Part shown: piece after piece, positions 17,832-27,548 of the stretch
Position numbering within the stretch: the first letter of the stretch is position 1
Layout of the letters: each line of letters starts with the position of its first letter
From: a virus
Direction: 5' to 3' (one strand)
IMG/VR virus record: IMGVR_UViG_3300013306_000001
Location: 26,096 to 90,095 of that record
DNA: 64,000 bases
Notes under the pieces: model-generated
The model's input: only the letters and a program-made list of their open reading frames with translations
Told to the model about the DNA's origin: nothing
Databases searched by the model: none
Translations under genes and position numbers: made by a program

Positions 17832-18329
17832 ATGACTAATTCTTTTAGTGTAGAGACATATTCAGCTTCAGATGTTAAGTTATCTATCGGTGGCTATATT
17901 ATTACTGGTTGGGATAACTTAACAATTAACAGACGTGTTAAAGCTTTCACTCCAGTTTATGGCATTCGTGGTAAGAATACTAGGGTTAAGAATGTTGACA
18001 CGTCAGCTACAATTATCATTACTCTGATTCAAACTTCTCAGAGTAATGATGTACTTTCCTACATACATGAATTAGATATTGACGAAGGTACTGCTAGGAT
18101 AACACTAACTCTTAAGGATAACTCAGGAAGAAGTGTTTTCTCTAGCAACGAAGCTTATATCTCATCCTATCCTACAAAATCTTTCTCAGGTGATTTTACC
18201 TATAATACTTGGGAGATTATTTTACAATCAACACAATCATACACTGTTGGTGGCAATGGCAGGCCAAGCACTGGCCTCCTAGACAATATCATCAGTGATG
18301 CAACTGACTTTGTTAGTGATTTATTTTAA
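17832..18329 (+). CDS. tail tube-like protein (paralog)
   Basis: TYSAS...TLIQTSQSNDVL...LKDNSGRSVFSS. Confidence 0.7.
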   Translation: MTNSFSVETYSASDVKLSIGGYIITGWDNLTINRRVKAFTPVYGIRGKNTRVKNVDTSATIIITLIQTSQSNDVLSYIHELDIDEGTARITLTLKDNSGRSVFSSNEAYISSYPTKSFSGDFTYNTWEIILQSTQSYTVGGNGRPSTGLLDNIISDATDFVSDLF

Positions 18330-18356
18330 AGCTAACTACAATCTGAGATAAAATAA

Positions 18357-18677
18357 ATGGCAGCTCCACAAATTAAAGCCCTCCCCCAAGAAACCATTGA
18401 AGTTGGTGGAGAGGAATACGTAGTAACAGCTATGTCAGCTACTGACGGTCTCGCTTTCATGGAAAAGTATCAAGCTGACATGGATACGGGCAAGAGCGAT
18501 CTTAAAGTTATGAAGGGTGTTATTAAAGCCTATGTAACTAAAGATAATAAAATTATCGACGATAAAACTTTTGATATTATCTTTGCTCGTAAATATATGC
18601 ACCTACAACAACTCTATGCAGAAGTTATCAAGTATAATTTCTCTGATGTTTTTCAAGCGCCCGGTACAGAAGAATAA
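18357..18677 (+). CDS. tail assembly chaperone (G-like)
   Basis: 106 aa, upstream of the tape measure gene. Confidence 0.75.
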   Translation: MAAPQIKALPQETIEVGGEEYVVTAMSATDGLAFMEKYQADMDTGKSDLKVMKGVIKAYVTKDNKIIDDKTFDIIFARKYMHLQQLYAEVIKYNFSDVFQAPGTEE

Positions 18678-18916
18678 GCAACAATCCTTCTGTATCCGGG
18701 CCTATAGAAAAAGAGATTGAAAGCAAATACTCTCAGAGATGGGAGATTTACAGAATAGCAACTCATGAGAAAGGTGGGTTGGATATAGCTGCTGATATGA
18801 GTACAAAGTATAGTACTAAGCAGCTTTATGAAATGCTAGAAACGCTAGATGTCTATGACACACTTAAGAAGCTAGCTCATGATAGGGCAATAGCTGAATC
18901 TAAGCCTAAGAAATAA
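18647..18916 (+). CDS. -1 frame extension of the tail assembly chaperone (GT-like)
   Basis: Open -1 frame filling the gap to the tape measure gene; GTTTTTC at 18648-18654. Confidence 0.7.
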   Translation, partial: CFSSARYRRISNNPSVSGPIEKEIESKYSQRWEIYRIATHEKGGLDIAADMSTKYSTKQLYEMLETLDVYDTLKKLAHDRAIAESKPKK

Positions 18917-18927
18917 GGAGCTTCCTG

Positions 18928-20775
18928 TTGGAGATTGCAAAGTATACGATAGGAACTTCAATTGTCTTTCCTAAGTCTGAGATGACAAGGTTTGATGCTC
19001 AACTTAAGATTTTAGAAAATAAAATGAAAGCATCTGGTGAACGGATGCGGCAATTTTTCAATCTTAATTTAACTAGGTTTAGTGTAAACCAGACTGCAAT
19101 GAACAGGGTGATTGGTGGGGCATTAGATGTAGCCAGTCAGGCAACAGTATTCCGAATTGAAAGGTTTGTTGTAGACCAATCTCGTTTAAATGCTGCACTT
19201 GGCAGTGCTATGGCTAAAACCAATGCTGTTACTAATGTTCGTCAAAATGGTTCCCCAGTTGGAACCAGACGGGCAGCCGCAGCAGGGGGTTTAATCGGTG
19301 GAGGTTTGTCTAGGTTCTATGGTCCAGCACTTGCCCTGGGCTTAGGTGGTTACGGTCTTGGAGCCTTAAACAAGAGAAACCAAGAAGTTGTATCTGCTCA
19401 ACTTCAGTCTTCCGCTGTGGTTCAACAAGCTGGTGGTACAGCCGCACAGGGCTCAGAGTCTTTCCAATACTTAAGAAGTGAAGGTCAAAGAATTGGTTTT
19501 AACTACCTTGATGCATCTGGTGATTACAATAAGTTAATCTCTGGTCTAACTGGTTCAGGTATTGGACTTAAGGAAAGTCAAAAAGTATTTTCTGGATTTG
19601 CTGAGCTTGCCCGTGTTAACAAACTAGACAAAACAACTCAGAACAGACTTTTCCGGGCGCTTTCACAAGTAGCTGGTAAAGGTAAGCTGATGAGTGAAGA
19701 ACTTACAGGGCAGATAGCCGAAGCTCTTCCAGGAGGCACAGCTCTTTTTGCCCAAGCTTATCAGGCTAAGCTTGGCGGTAACAAAACTGGTGCCGATGCA
19801 ATACAACAACTTCTTGCTGATATGAAGAAGGGTAAAGTTACAAGCGATATCCTGACTTATGCTGGCGCTGCTGCGTCACAAAGGGCAAACCAAGGGGGTG
19901 CATTAGGAACTGCATCTCAGGCATCGCAGGCCGAACAAGCTAGATATCAAAACTCTGTAAATGATATGGCTGTCTTGGCTTCAAACTCAGGCGTAGAAGA
20001 AGGTTTTGCGCGTATTTTCCGCACCCTTAACGCTGGTTTGAGTGAGAGTGGTGGGCTAGTGAGGAGTCTATCAGAAGGCTTCAATGAGGCTACTAAATGG
20101 GCCGATGATTTACTTCTTTTCCCTCAATCTTTTGTAAGAGCCCTTGAAGGCAAGGATAGTCTTGTAGCAGATTGGCTAGGTATTGATAAGTCTGCTCAAC
20201 TGTTGAAAGATTGGCAAGATATCAAAACCCTTTGGGAACAAATGTCAGCCTTAAATCCAACTAAGCTATTTGGGGATTTCCTTCCAACGCTTGAAGCAAC
20301 TACAAGAGAACTTGCTGCGATCTTGAATGCGATAGGGGAGTTTCAGAGATGGAAAAGTGGAAATCTGCCAACTGAGAATAGCAATAGAAGTGATACAGAA
20401 AAAGTTAATCTCTTTGGTCTAGAATACACCAGCCCAGCTGCTGTTGTAGGGGATCTTATAAACAACACTATGGCAGGCTTTGCAAGAGCTAGGGATAGAG
20501 GTCGTTCTGTTTATGATGATCCGAACTCTTTCTATTATCAAAACCCAGCCCTATATGATGAAAACCAAAAGAACATGGCTATGGATCAAGCAGCAGCAGC
20601 CAACGACTACCAGCTAACCGGTTCAGGTGCAGTCACAAATCAATTTGATATCAGTATCAGTATAGACCCAGCAACTATGGGCGCCGTTGATATTAAAGCT
20701 CAGGCAGAAAATCTGATGGACGCTTTCAGAATTGAACTATCCAACGCTTCCGTTAATTTTCCGGTTAAAGAGTAA
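18928..20775 (+). CDS. tape measure protein
   Basis: ALSQVAGKGKLMSEELTGQIAEALPG tape-measure domain; Ala/Gly-rich. Confidence 0.88.
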   Translation: MEIAKYTIGTSIVFPKSEMTRFDAQLKILENKMKASGERMRQFFNLNLTRFSVNQTAMNRVIGGALDVASQATVFRIERFVVDQSRLNAALGSAMAKTNAVTNVRQNGSPVGTRRAAAAGGLIGGGLSRFYGPALALGLGGYGLGALNKRNQEVVSAQLQSSAVVQQAGGTAAQGSESFQYLRSEGQRIGFNYLDASGDYNKLISGLTGSGIGLKESQKVFSGFAELARVNKLDKTTQNRLFRALSQVAGKGKLMSEELTGQIAEALPGGTALFAQAYQAKLGGNKTGADAIQQLLADMKKGKVTSDILTYAGAAASQRANQGGALGTASQASQAEQARYQNSVNDMAVLASNSGVEEGFARIFRTLNAGLSESGGLVRSLSEGFNEATKWADDLLLFPQSFVRALEGKDSLVADWLGIDKSAQLLKDWQDIKTLWEQMSALNPTKLFGDFLPTLEATTRELAAILNAIGEFQRWKSGNLPTENSNRSDTEKVNLFGLEYTSPAAVVGDLINNTMAGFARARDRGRSVYDDPNSFYYQNPALYDENQKNMAMDQAAAANDYQLTGSGAVTNQFDISISIDPATMGAVDIKAQAENLMDAFRIELSNASVNFPVKE

Positions 20776-20787
20776 GGAGCTACACTT

Positions 20788-21573
20788 ATGACGCTAGCCG
20801 TTAGATGGGGTGAAGACCTTACAGATGACCTTGGTGGGTTTATTTACTTTGACTGCGTTACTGCATACACTCAAAACTTTAAAGGTCAGGTTACAAAGCA
20901 TCCCATTGCTAATGGTGGGAACGTCTCTGACCACTTCATTAGGGATAATCCTGTAATAACATTATCGGGTGTTATTACAGGAGTTGATATTTCTACTGGT
21001 GTCTACCTAATCCAAGACACAAATGGGATTGAACCTTCCAATACATTTCCAGCACCAAGTGCTGTATCTGTAAACTCAACTGACCAAAGCGTGTTGCAAA
21101 AGTTTATACCAGACAGCATCGGTCAGTTCTTGGCAGATGGAACACCAGAAGTTACAGTAGATGCAAGACGTGCTGATCTTATTGAACAGATCAGACAAGC
21201 ATTGATGAATCTTGCAACTGGTGATGTTTATAATTCAAATACAGGTCAATTTAGGCCCCAAATTCAATTGGTAAGACTGTTTGAGTTTGATAAGAATCTT
21301 ATCAGAAGAATTATAAACAGACTAGTCATTACAAATGTCACTTTTAAAGAAGATTCAAACTCTGGTTACGCACTGTATTGTGATATAACTTTTGAGCAGG
21401 TTACTTTCGCAAATCTTAAGAAGACGACTATTCCAAAAGATGTTGTTAATTCACTTAAGAAGAAAGGATCAACAAAAGCTGACAAAGGTAAACAAGACAG
21501 CACACCACAAGATGTAGGCGCTAGTGAAGGACCAAAAGATACAGATCCTCTAAGAAAAGCTAGGGAGAACTAA
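20788..21573 (+). CDS. baseplate/tail tube initiator protein
   Basis: VTKHPIANGGNVSDH motif; after the tape measure gene. Confidence 0.7.
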   Translation: MTLAVRWGEDLTDDLGGFIYFDCVTAYTQNFKGQVTKHPIANGGNVSDHFIRDNPVITLSGVITGVDISTGVYLIQDTNGIEPSNTFPAPSAVSVNSTDQSVLQKFIPDSIGQFLADGTPEVTVDARRADLIEQIRQALMNLATGDVYNSNTGQFRPQIQLVRLFEFDKNLIRRIINRLVITNVTFKEDSNSGYALYCDITFEQVTFANLKKTTIPKDVVNSLKKKGSTKADKGKQDSTPQDVGASEGPKDTDPLRKAREN

Positions 21574-21577
21574 TGTA

Positions 21578-21910
21578 ATGGCTACTAAATATATTTCACT
21601 CCCTCTTTACTCTGATGCTTACTATACCTATGCCGTGGCTTTACAAGATGTTTCTTACAATCTTGAGTTCATCTACAATGAACGTACACAGCTTTATTCA
21701 TTATCTTTGTACGACCAAGATAATAACGCTATTGTGTTAGACGAAGCTTTAGTACCTAATTACCCGATATTCAAAGACTATGCAATCTTCCCACTTACTG
21801 GATTCTTTTGGATGGAAGAGAAAGCTGATATTATCTCTGAGCCATACAAGGTTTACCCTGACTCCATTGATCAGTATTACTCATTGTATTATATTTATGA
21901 TGAGGTGTAG
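21578..21910 (+). CDS. baseplate protein
   Basis: Synteny; 110 aa. Confidence 0.6.
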   Translation: MATKYISLPLYSDAYYTYAVALQDVSYNLEFIYNERTQLYSLSLYDQDNNAIVLDEALVPNYPIFKDYAIFPLTGFFWMEEKADIISEPYKVYPDSIDQYYSLYYIYDEV

Positions 21911-21912
21911 TC

Positions 21913-22800
21913 ATGGATTTGATTCAAAAGAATCGTGAATATAAGTTAATTATTGGTAACTATCAAACTACAAATGCTTTAGAGATTGATGCTCTTCAAA
22001 TTACATTTGATATTTCAAAGTCAATGAACAATAAGAAGAAAACAAACTCCGCATCTATTGAGGTTTATAATCTTACTGACGACCAACTTAAGATATTGGA
22101 TACAGATTATCCAGCAGCGGTATTTTCAGCAGGGTATGAAGATACGGGTGGAGCTAAGAGATTATTTTCTGGTCAAGTTAACAACGTCACCACTCGTAAA
22201 TCTGGTGCGGATAGAGTCACACAGATACAGATGGGTAGCGGCTATGTTGAACTAAACCATGAAGTTTTGAGTCAAGTTGTACCTCCGGGAAAGAATGTAC
22301 AAGATGCTATTGAAGAGTTACGTAAGGCTATTGGCGCCAACCGTGGAGTCTATAATGGAACCAATCTTAGTAACCAGATTATATATGGATATCCTCTTTC
22401 CGGTACTCCTAAAGAAATGCTGGATGAGCTGGCTGAAAAGTATAACTTAAACTGGCAGCTTGATGGTGAAGTTCTTTATGTGAATAACAATGATAGGGCC
22501 AACACTGAGAATTTCAATCAAGCTTACATTATATCTGAGTTTACAGGAATGGTGGATATCCCTTATCGCACTACCTTGAACAAAGGTAGATCCAAAAAAG
22601 ATAAAGTTAAGAAGCCTGGTGTTCAGTTTAAGATTCTACTTAACCCAGCTATTACTGCTGGAGATATTATTAGACTTGAAGATACTCTTATCACAGGTTG
22701 GTATAAAGTCGAAGACATCAGGCATACTGGCAGTTGGCGCGGGAATCCGTGGTACACAGAAATCAAGGCAACAACACTAGAGAAAGTAGACAGGAAGTAG
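21913..22800 (+). CDS. baseplate hub protein
   Basis: IEVYNL, AGY, LLNPAI..G, HTGSWRGNPWYT. Confidence 0.75.
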   Translation: MDLIQKNREYKLIIGNYQTTNALEIDALQITFDISKSMNNKKKTNSASIEVYNLTDDQLKILDTDYPAAVFSAGYEDTGGAKRLFSGQVNNVTTRKSGADRVTQIQMGSGYVELNHEVLSQVVPPGKNVQDAIEELRKAIGANRGVYNGTNLSNQIIYGYPLSGTPKEMLDELAEKYNLNWQLDGEVLYVNNNDRANTENFNQAYIISEFTGMVDIPYRTTLNKGRSKKDKVKKPGVQFKILLNPAITAGDIIRLEDTLITGWYKVEDIRHTGSWRGNPWYTEIKATTLEKVDRK

Positions 22801-22803
22801 ATT

Positions 22804-23562
22804 ATGGTTCCAGAATTACAAGAATTTGTTATGAGTGCAATCGAATCAGAGAACAATAACAAATACACTTGTATTCCTTGTATTGTTGTTGCTGTCAGAG
22901 ATGATTTGAACACTCAGATGGTGGATATTCAACCAAGTGTGAACCAGATGTTCAAGGATGGCACTGTTAAAGAACGTCCTGTAATTCAAGGTGTTCCTGT
23001 CTCTTTTCAAGTGTCTAAGACTTCTGGGTTCACCTTTCCCATTAATGTAGGCGATACTGGCACAGCTATTTTCTCTATGCGTAGTATTGAAGCATGGAAA
23101 GGTGGTAATGGTAGACCATCAGCACCCACTAACTTCTCTAAGATGGATAAGAGTGATGCTATCTTCATTCCCGGTATCCAGCCTCCGGGTAATGCTGTAA
23201 ACAACCCAGCAAAGCATGTACTTACTCATAGTACTAAAGATGTCGTCATTTTTGGCAACATTGGTGCTGCCGAGGCTGAAGTTAGGATTCGTGCTGATGG
23301 TAGTATTGGAATTACAACTAGCAATATGCCCATCATTGTTGAAGGTAGTGATGTTACAATTAATGCAGCTTCAAGTATTAATCTCAACTCCCCTACAATG
23401 ATTGTTGATGTTCCAACTACAACTTGGATTGGTAATATCACACATCAGGGTGACTATGCCCAAACTGGTAATTATACTCTTGTTGGTGGGCAAGCTACGT
23501 TCAACGGCGTAATTTTCAATACCCACAGACATGCACCATCCACAGTACCACCAAGTAATTAA
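22804..23562 (+). CDS. baseplate central spike protein
   Basis: VDIQP...VPV...FPINVGDTG; C-terminal HxH (THRH) metal-binding tip. Confidence 0.8.
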   Translation: MVPELQEFVMSAIESENNNKYTCIPCIVVAVRDDLNTQMVDIQPSVNQMFKDGTVKERPVIQGVPVSFQVSKTSGFTFPINVGDTGTAIFSMRSIEAWKGGNGRPSAPTNFSKMDKSDAIFIPGIQPPGNAVNNPAKHVLTHSTKDVVIFGNIGAAEAEVRIRADGSIGITTSNMPIIVEGSDVTINAASSINLNSPTMIVDVPTTTWIGNITHQGDYAQTGNYTLVGGQATFNGVIFNTHRHAPSTVPPSN

Positions 23563-23573
23563 GGAGGTGTGTC

Positions 23574-23930
23574 ATAGATTTTCTACTGAATGAGCAACAC
23601 GATATCGTTTGGCACAACGGGCCTCTTTTGAAGTCTGACACTACACAGCCTCTAATTGATACTGTTAGACAGAGATTACTTATCCTCTTGAAGACATTCC
23701 AAGGCGAGTGGTTCCTCGATACCACATATGGTATTCCGTATTATCAAAGTATCCTTGGGCGTAAGACCACAAAAGATGGTGTAGATCTAATCTTCCAAAC
23801 AGCTATCTTATCAGAAAATGGAGTTAAGGAAATTACATCCTTCTCATCCACATTTGTTAAAAGACAATATTCCATGACTTTTTCTGTGAGAGTCAATGAT
23901 GGTCAGATTACAGATCCCATCACTATTTAA
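23574..23930 (+). CDS. baseplate wedge/sheath initiator protein; probable ATA start
   Basis: QRLLILLKTFQGEWFLDTTYGIPY; AAGGAGGT SD 5 nt before in-frame ATA. Confidence 0.7.
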   Translation: MDFLLNEQHDIVWHNGPLLKSDTTQPLIDTVRQRLLILLKTFQGEWFLDTTYGIPYYQSILGRKTTKDGVDLIFQTAILSENGVKEITSFSSTFVKRQYSMTFSVRVNDGQITDPITI

Positions 23931-23948
23931 TTAAATTAAGGAAATAAA

Positions 23949-25394
23949 ATGGCGGGTATTTCTGACCAAGGCTTTACAATTAAAAGAATGACAGAGATAC
24001 TTTCAGACTTACGAGCTGAAGCTACCTCTTTATTTCAAGATTTAGTGGAACCTGGTGATCAGGTCGATACATCTGATAGTTCAGCTTTAGGTAGATTGAT
24101 ATCCCTTGTTAGCCCAAGCTTAGCAGATTTATGGGAAGTAGCACAAGCTGATTATCAAGCATTTGATCCTAATTCTGCAACTGGTATTGCTCTAGATAAC
24201 CTTGTAGCTCTTGGTGGTATCACTAGACAGGAGCAGACATTTACAACAGCATCTATCCTAGTTTCTGGTGATAATGGTACATTGATCCCTATTGGTAATA
24301 CAGTCTCAAGTACTACAAGCGCTAATCAATTTAAGACTACTTCACCAATAGCATTATCACCTAGTTCGGCTAGTGGTATAACGTTATCCGTGATCGCTGT
24401 ACAAAACTCAAGCCTATATTCAATAAGCTATTCAAATACCACAACTACTAATACTGTTAACTTCACATCAGATGCTTCAGCAACACTTGCTGAAATCCTC
24501 ACAGGATTGCTTACTATAATTAACAGTGCACACCCAAGCTTGGATGCTTCAGTTGTTGGTAATAATTTAGTAATAGACAGGGATGATATTTTTCAAACCG
24601 TTTCATTTTCTGTTAGTGCTAACTTATCCTTCACCAAAATTAGGACAGTTAGTGAAGTTGTATCGGACACCCCTGGGATATCTGAACAAGAGGTTGGAAC
24701 TATCAATACTATTCTAACTCCTGTATTGGGGTGGGATAGCGTAACTAATCCTCTACCTGCAATATCGGGGCAAGAAAGAGAAACTGATGAGCAGCTTAGG
24801 CTTAGGTTTAGAAACGGTAAATTTGAAAAAGCTACCAATACAATTGATTCTATCTACTCCGCATTAATTAATCTAACCGGAGTTACAGAAGTAACTATTT
24901 ACGAGAATGATAATGGTACAGTAGACGCTAATGGCGTTCCTGGGCACAGCTTTTTGCCAATTGTAGTAGGTGGATTATCAACAGATATTGCTAACGCAAT
25001 TTGGCAAAACAAGCCTATAGGTATTCTAAGTTATGGCAACACTACCGTAACTATAAATGACAACCAAAGCCCCCCTTTTCCTCACGCAGTTAGCTTTTCT
25101 CGACCGACACCCATTGTAATTTACATTACAATGAATATCACGACAGATGGTAATTTCCCAGCTAACGGAGAGGATCAAATAAGGACAGCTTTAATTGATT
25201 ATTTCTCTCAGAATTTTGGTACCGGAGATGATGTAATTTATAGCAGGTTGTATACAGCTATTAACTCGGTGCCAGGACACTATGTTGAAAGTTTATCAGT
25301 TGGTACTTCACCCTCTCCAACCGGCACAACAAATATACCTATTGCTTTTGATTCTGTAGCAAGTCTGAGTTCTATAAATATAGTCATAACGTAA
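23949..25394 (+). CDS. baseplate J-like wedge protein
   Basis: ATGIALDNL, GWDSVTNP, ETDEQLRLR. Confidence 0.85.
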   Translation: MAGISDQGFTIKRMTEILSDLRAEATSLFQDLVEPGDQVDTSDSSALGRLISLVSPSLADLWEVAQADYQAFDPNSATGIALDNLVALGGITRQEQTFTTASILVSGDNGTLIPIGNTVSSTTSANQFKTTSPIALSPSSASGITLSVIAVQNSSLYSISYSNTTTTNTVNFTSDASATLAEILTGLLTIINSAHPSLDASVVGNNLVIDRDDIFQTVSFSVSANLSFTKIRTVSEVVSDTPGISEQEVGTINTILTPVLGWDSVTNPLPAISGQERETDEQLRLRFRNGKFEKATNTIDSIYSALINLTGVTEVTIYENDNGTVDANGVPGHSFLPIVVGGLSTDIANAIWQNKPIGILSYGNTTVTINDNQSPPFPHAVSFSRPTPIVIYITMNITTDGNFPANGEDQIRTALIDYFSQNFGTGDDVIYSRLYTAINSVPGHYVESLSVGTSPSPTGTTNIPIAFDSVASLSSINIVIT

Positions 25395-25405
25395 GGAGTA
25401 TAAAA

Positions 25406-26149
25406 ATGGCTGAAACAAACCCGTTTCAAATTGCTCCTTATTTAGAAGAAGCTAGATCAAGAGTTACTGAGCAATTTAAAGATAAAGAAATCTTCGATAA
25501 ATATCTACAACTACTTTTAAATGGAATGGTAGATATTCAGGAAGTATTTCGTCAGCTCATGCAATTAAGATCTGTTGACACAGCTACAGGTGCTCAATTA
25601 GATATTATTGGAAATATTGTAGGTCAGCCCAGAGAGCTTATTGATACAGATCTTCTTACATTCTTTGCTTTTCAGGGATATCCTGAAGCACAGTCCTATG
25701 GGGATCTTAGCAATCCATCTGTAGGGGGTTACTATTATGATATTAAAAACCCTTTAGCTGGTAATACATTACTTACAGATGAACAATATAGGTTGTTCAT
25801 TAAAGCGAAGATTATAAAAAATAATACATCCGCCACACCAAATCAAGTCATAGACTTCGTTAAATTTGTATTTGGTGTAGAGTTAAGTCTTGTGGTTGGA
25901 GAGGGTAACGCTGAATTTACCCTAATGTTAGGTAAGAATCTGTCCTCCTTTGAAAGAGTTCTTCTTACTTATATTTCTAATTCCTCTGGTTACCCCTCCA
26001 ATTTTATACCAAAACCTATCGGGGTGAAGATGAATTTTGGTCAATTTAATTCAGCCAATTATTTTGGTTTCCAAGGTGCACCTAATGCTAAAGGTTATGG
26101 TGATCTTAACAATCTTTCACTTGGCGGTATTTATGGTCAACTTCTTTAA
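25406..26149 (+). CDS. baseplate wedge protein (DUF2612-like)
   Basis: DTATGAQLDIIGNIVGQPR, LTDEQYRLFIKAKIIKN. Confidence 0.8.
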   Translation: MAETNPFQIAPYLEEARSRVTEQFKDKEIFDKYLQLLLNGMVDIQEVFRQLMQLRSVDTATGAQLDIIGNIVGQPRELIDTDLLTFFAFQGYPEAQSYGDLSNPSVGGYYYDIKNPLAGNTLLTDEQYRLFIKAKIIKNNTSATPNQVIDFVKFVFGVELSLVVGEGNAEFTLMLGKNLSSFERVLLTYISNSSGYPSNFIPKPIGVKMNFGQFNSANYFGFQGAPNAKGYGDLNNLSLGGIYGQLL

Positions 26150-26163
26150 AGGAAATAATTAAG

Positions 26164-27408
26164 ATGGTAGCTGAAGTTACTAAGCCGGACTTTTCATATG
26201 TCTGGTCCTCTGGTGGTGCAAATGTGCTACCAAGTGCTGTAAAGATTCAAACTGGGTGGGTAGCAGAAGTACCCCCTTTCCAGTGGGAAAATGCCATTCA
26301 GAATAGGCAAGATAATGCTATTGTACATTTATTTCAAAAAGGTATTAGTGAGTGGGATGCTACCTCTAATTATTATTTTACAACAAGTGGTACTAGATCG
26401 TATGTCCAAGGTTCTGATGGTTTAATATATGTTGCTGTCCAAGACAGCGTTGGACAGAACCCTACAACCGACCTATCCGATACTTATTGGAAAGTCGCAT
26501 GGGCGGCGGCTGACAGCGGATATTTAACCCAGACAACAGCTGATGCTAGATATCTACAAAGATCTAGCAATCTATCTGATTTAACTAATACCGCAACAGC
26601 AAGAACAAATCTTTCTGTATACTCAAAAGTTGAAACTGATGCTTTACTTCCTACGGGATATTTTTACGGCTTTGCTTTAAGTAATAATGTAACCTCGCCT
26701 AATACAACTTTGGACGTTGGTGCAGGCCAAGCTAAAACTTCTGATAATCTATTCTCAGTATCATTGTTATCGAGTTTGACTGGGGTTATCCAGTCGAGCG
26801 GCTCATGGGTGGCAGGTAACAATCAAAATAAACTTGATACAGGGGTGCGTGGGAATAACACCACCTACCACGTATTTGTTATTAGAAAAACGAGCGATGG
26901 TTCTGGAGATATCCTGTTCAGCCTGTCGGCCACTTCACCAACAATGCCAACTGGTTACTCAGGCTCTCGTTGGATTCATGCTATCAGGACAGACTCTTCT
27001 GGCAACATTATTGGATTCCTGAGCCGGGGTGATAGAATGTATTACAAATCGCCAATCCGAGATATTAATCTGTCGGGCCAGACCCCTGGCAGTGTAAGCA
27101 CTTTCAGTATCAGTACCCCTTCTGGGATTGTAGTAGAGGCATCCCTCTATGCTGAAATTGGTGGGGATAATACTGCTATGTATGTCTCTAGCCCCGATGC
27201 TACAGATCTTACTCCTATAGGGTTTGGCTCTACATATGTAGGTGGTTTATCACTAAGTGCTGGTGGCGGGTCATCTTTAGAGTACACCGGGCAACAACTT
27301 AACGTTCTAACAAATACTAGTAATCAGGTACGTACTAGGTACACAGGTCAAAATGCTGTTGCAAATGAGATTCGTATTGTAGTTAATGGGTGGAGGGTAT
27401 TTCGATGA
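26164..27408 (+). CDS. tail fibre protein
   Basis: N-terminal KIQTGW..EVPPFQWEN; NLSDL..ATARTNL repeat; follows the baseplate genes. Confidence 0.8.
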   Translation: MVAEVTKPDFSYVWSSGGANVLPSAVKIQTGWVAEVPPFQWENAIQNRQDNAIVHLFQKGISEWDATSNYYFTTSGTRSYVQGSDGLIYVAVQDSVGQNPTTDLSDTYWKVAWAAADSGYLTQTTADARYLQRSSNLSDLTNTATARTNLSVYSKVETDALLPTGYFYGFALSNNVTSPNTTLDVGAGQAKTSDNLFSVSLLSSLTGVIQSSGSWVAGNNQNKLDTGVRGNNTTYHVFVIRKTSDGSGDILFSLSATSPTMPTGYSGSRWIHAIRTDSSGNIIGFLSRGDRMYYKSPIRDINLSGQTPGSVSTFSISTPSGIVVEASLYAEIGGDNTAMYVSSPDATDLTPIGFGSTYVGGLSLSAGGGSSLEYTGQQLNVLTNTSNQVRTRYTGQNAVANEIRIVVNGWRVFR

Positions 27409-27548
27409 TGCATGTTATGCGCAATGACGAAGGCGATATAGTTGGTGTTTTTGTTTTAAGGCAAGAGGGGTTTGCAGAAGAACAGGTTGATGATGAAGAT
27501 CCAGAGCTTATTGATTTTTTGACTCCCATAAATGAGGGAATCAACTAG
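27405..27548 (+). CDS. small acidic protein, possible fibre chaperone (47 aa, absent from ORF track)
   Basis: MMHVMRNDEGDIVGVF...EEQVDDEDPELIDFL; overlaps both neighbours (ATGA, TAGTG). Confidence 0.6.
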   Translation: MMHVMRNDEGDIVGVFVLRQEGFAEEQVDDEDPELIDFLTPINEGIN

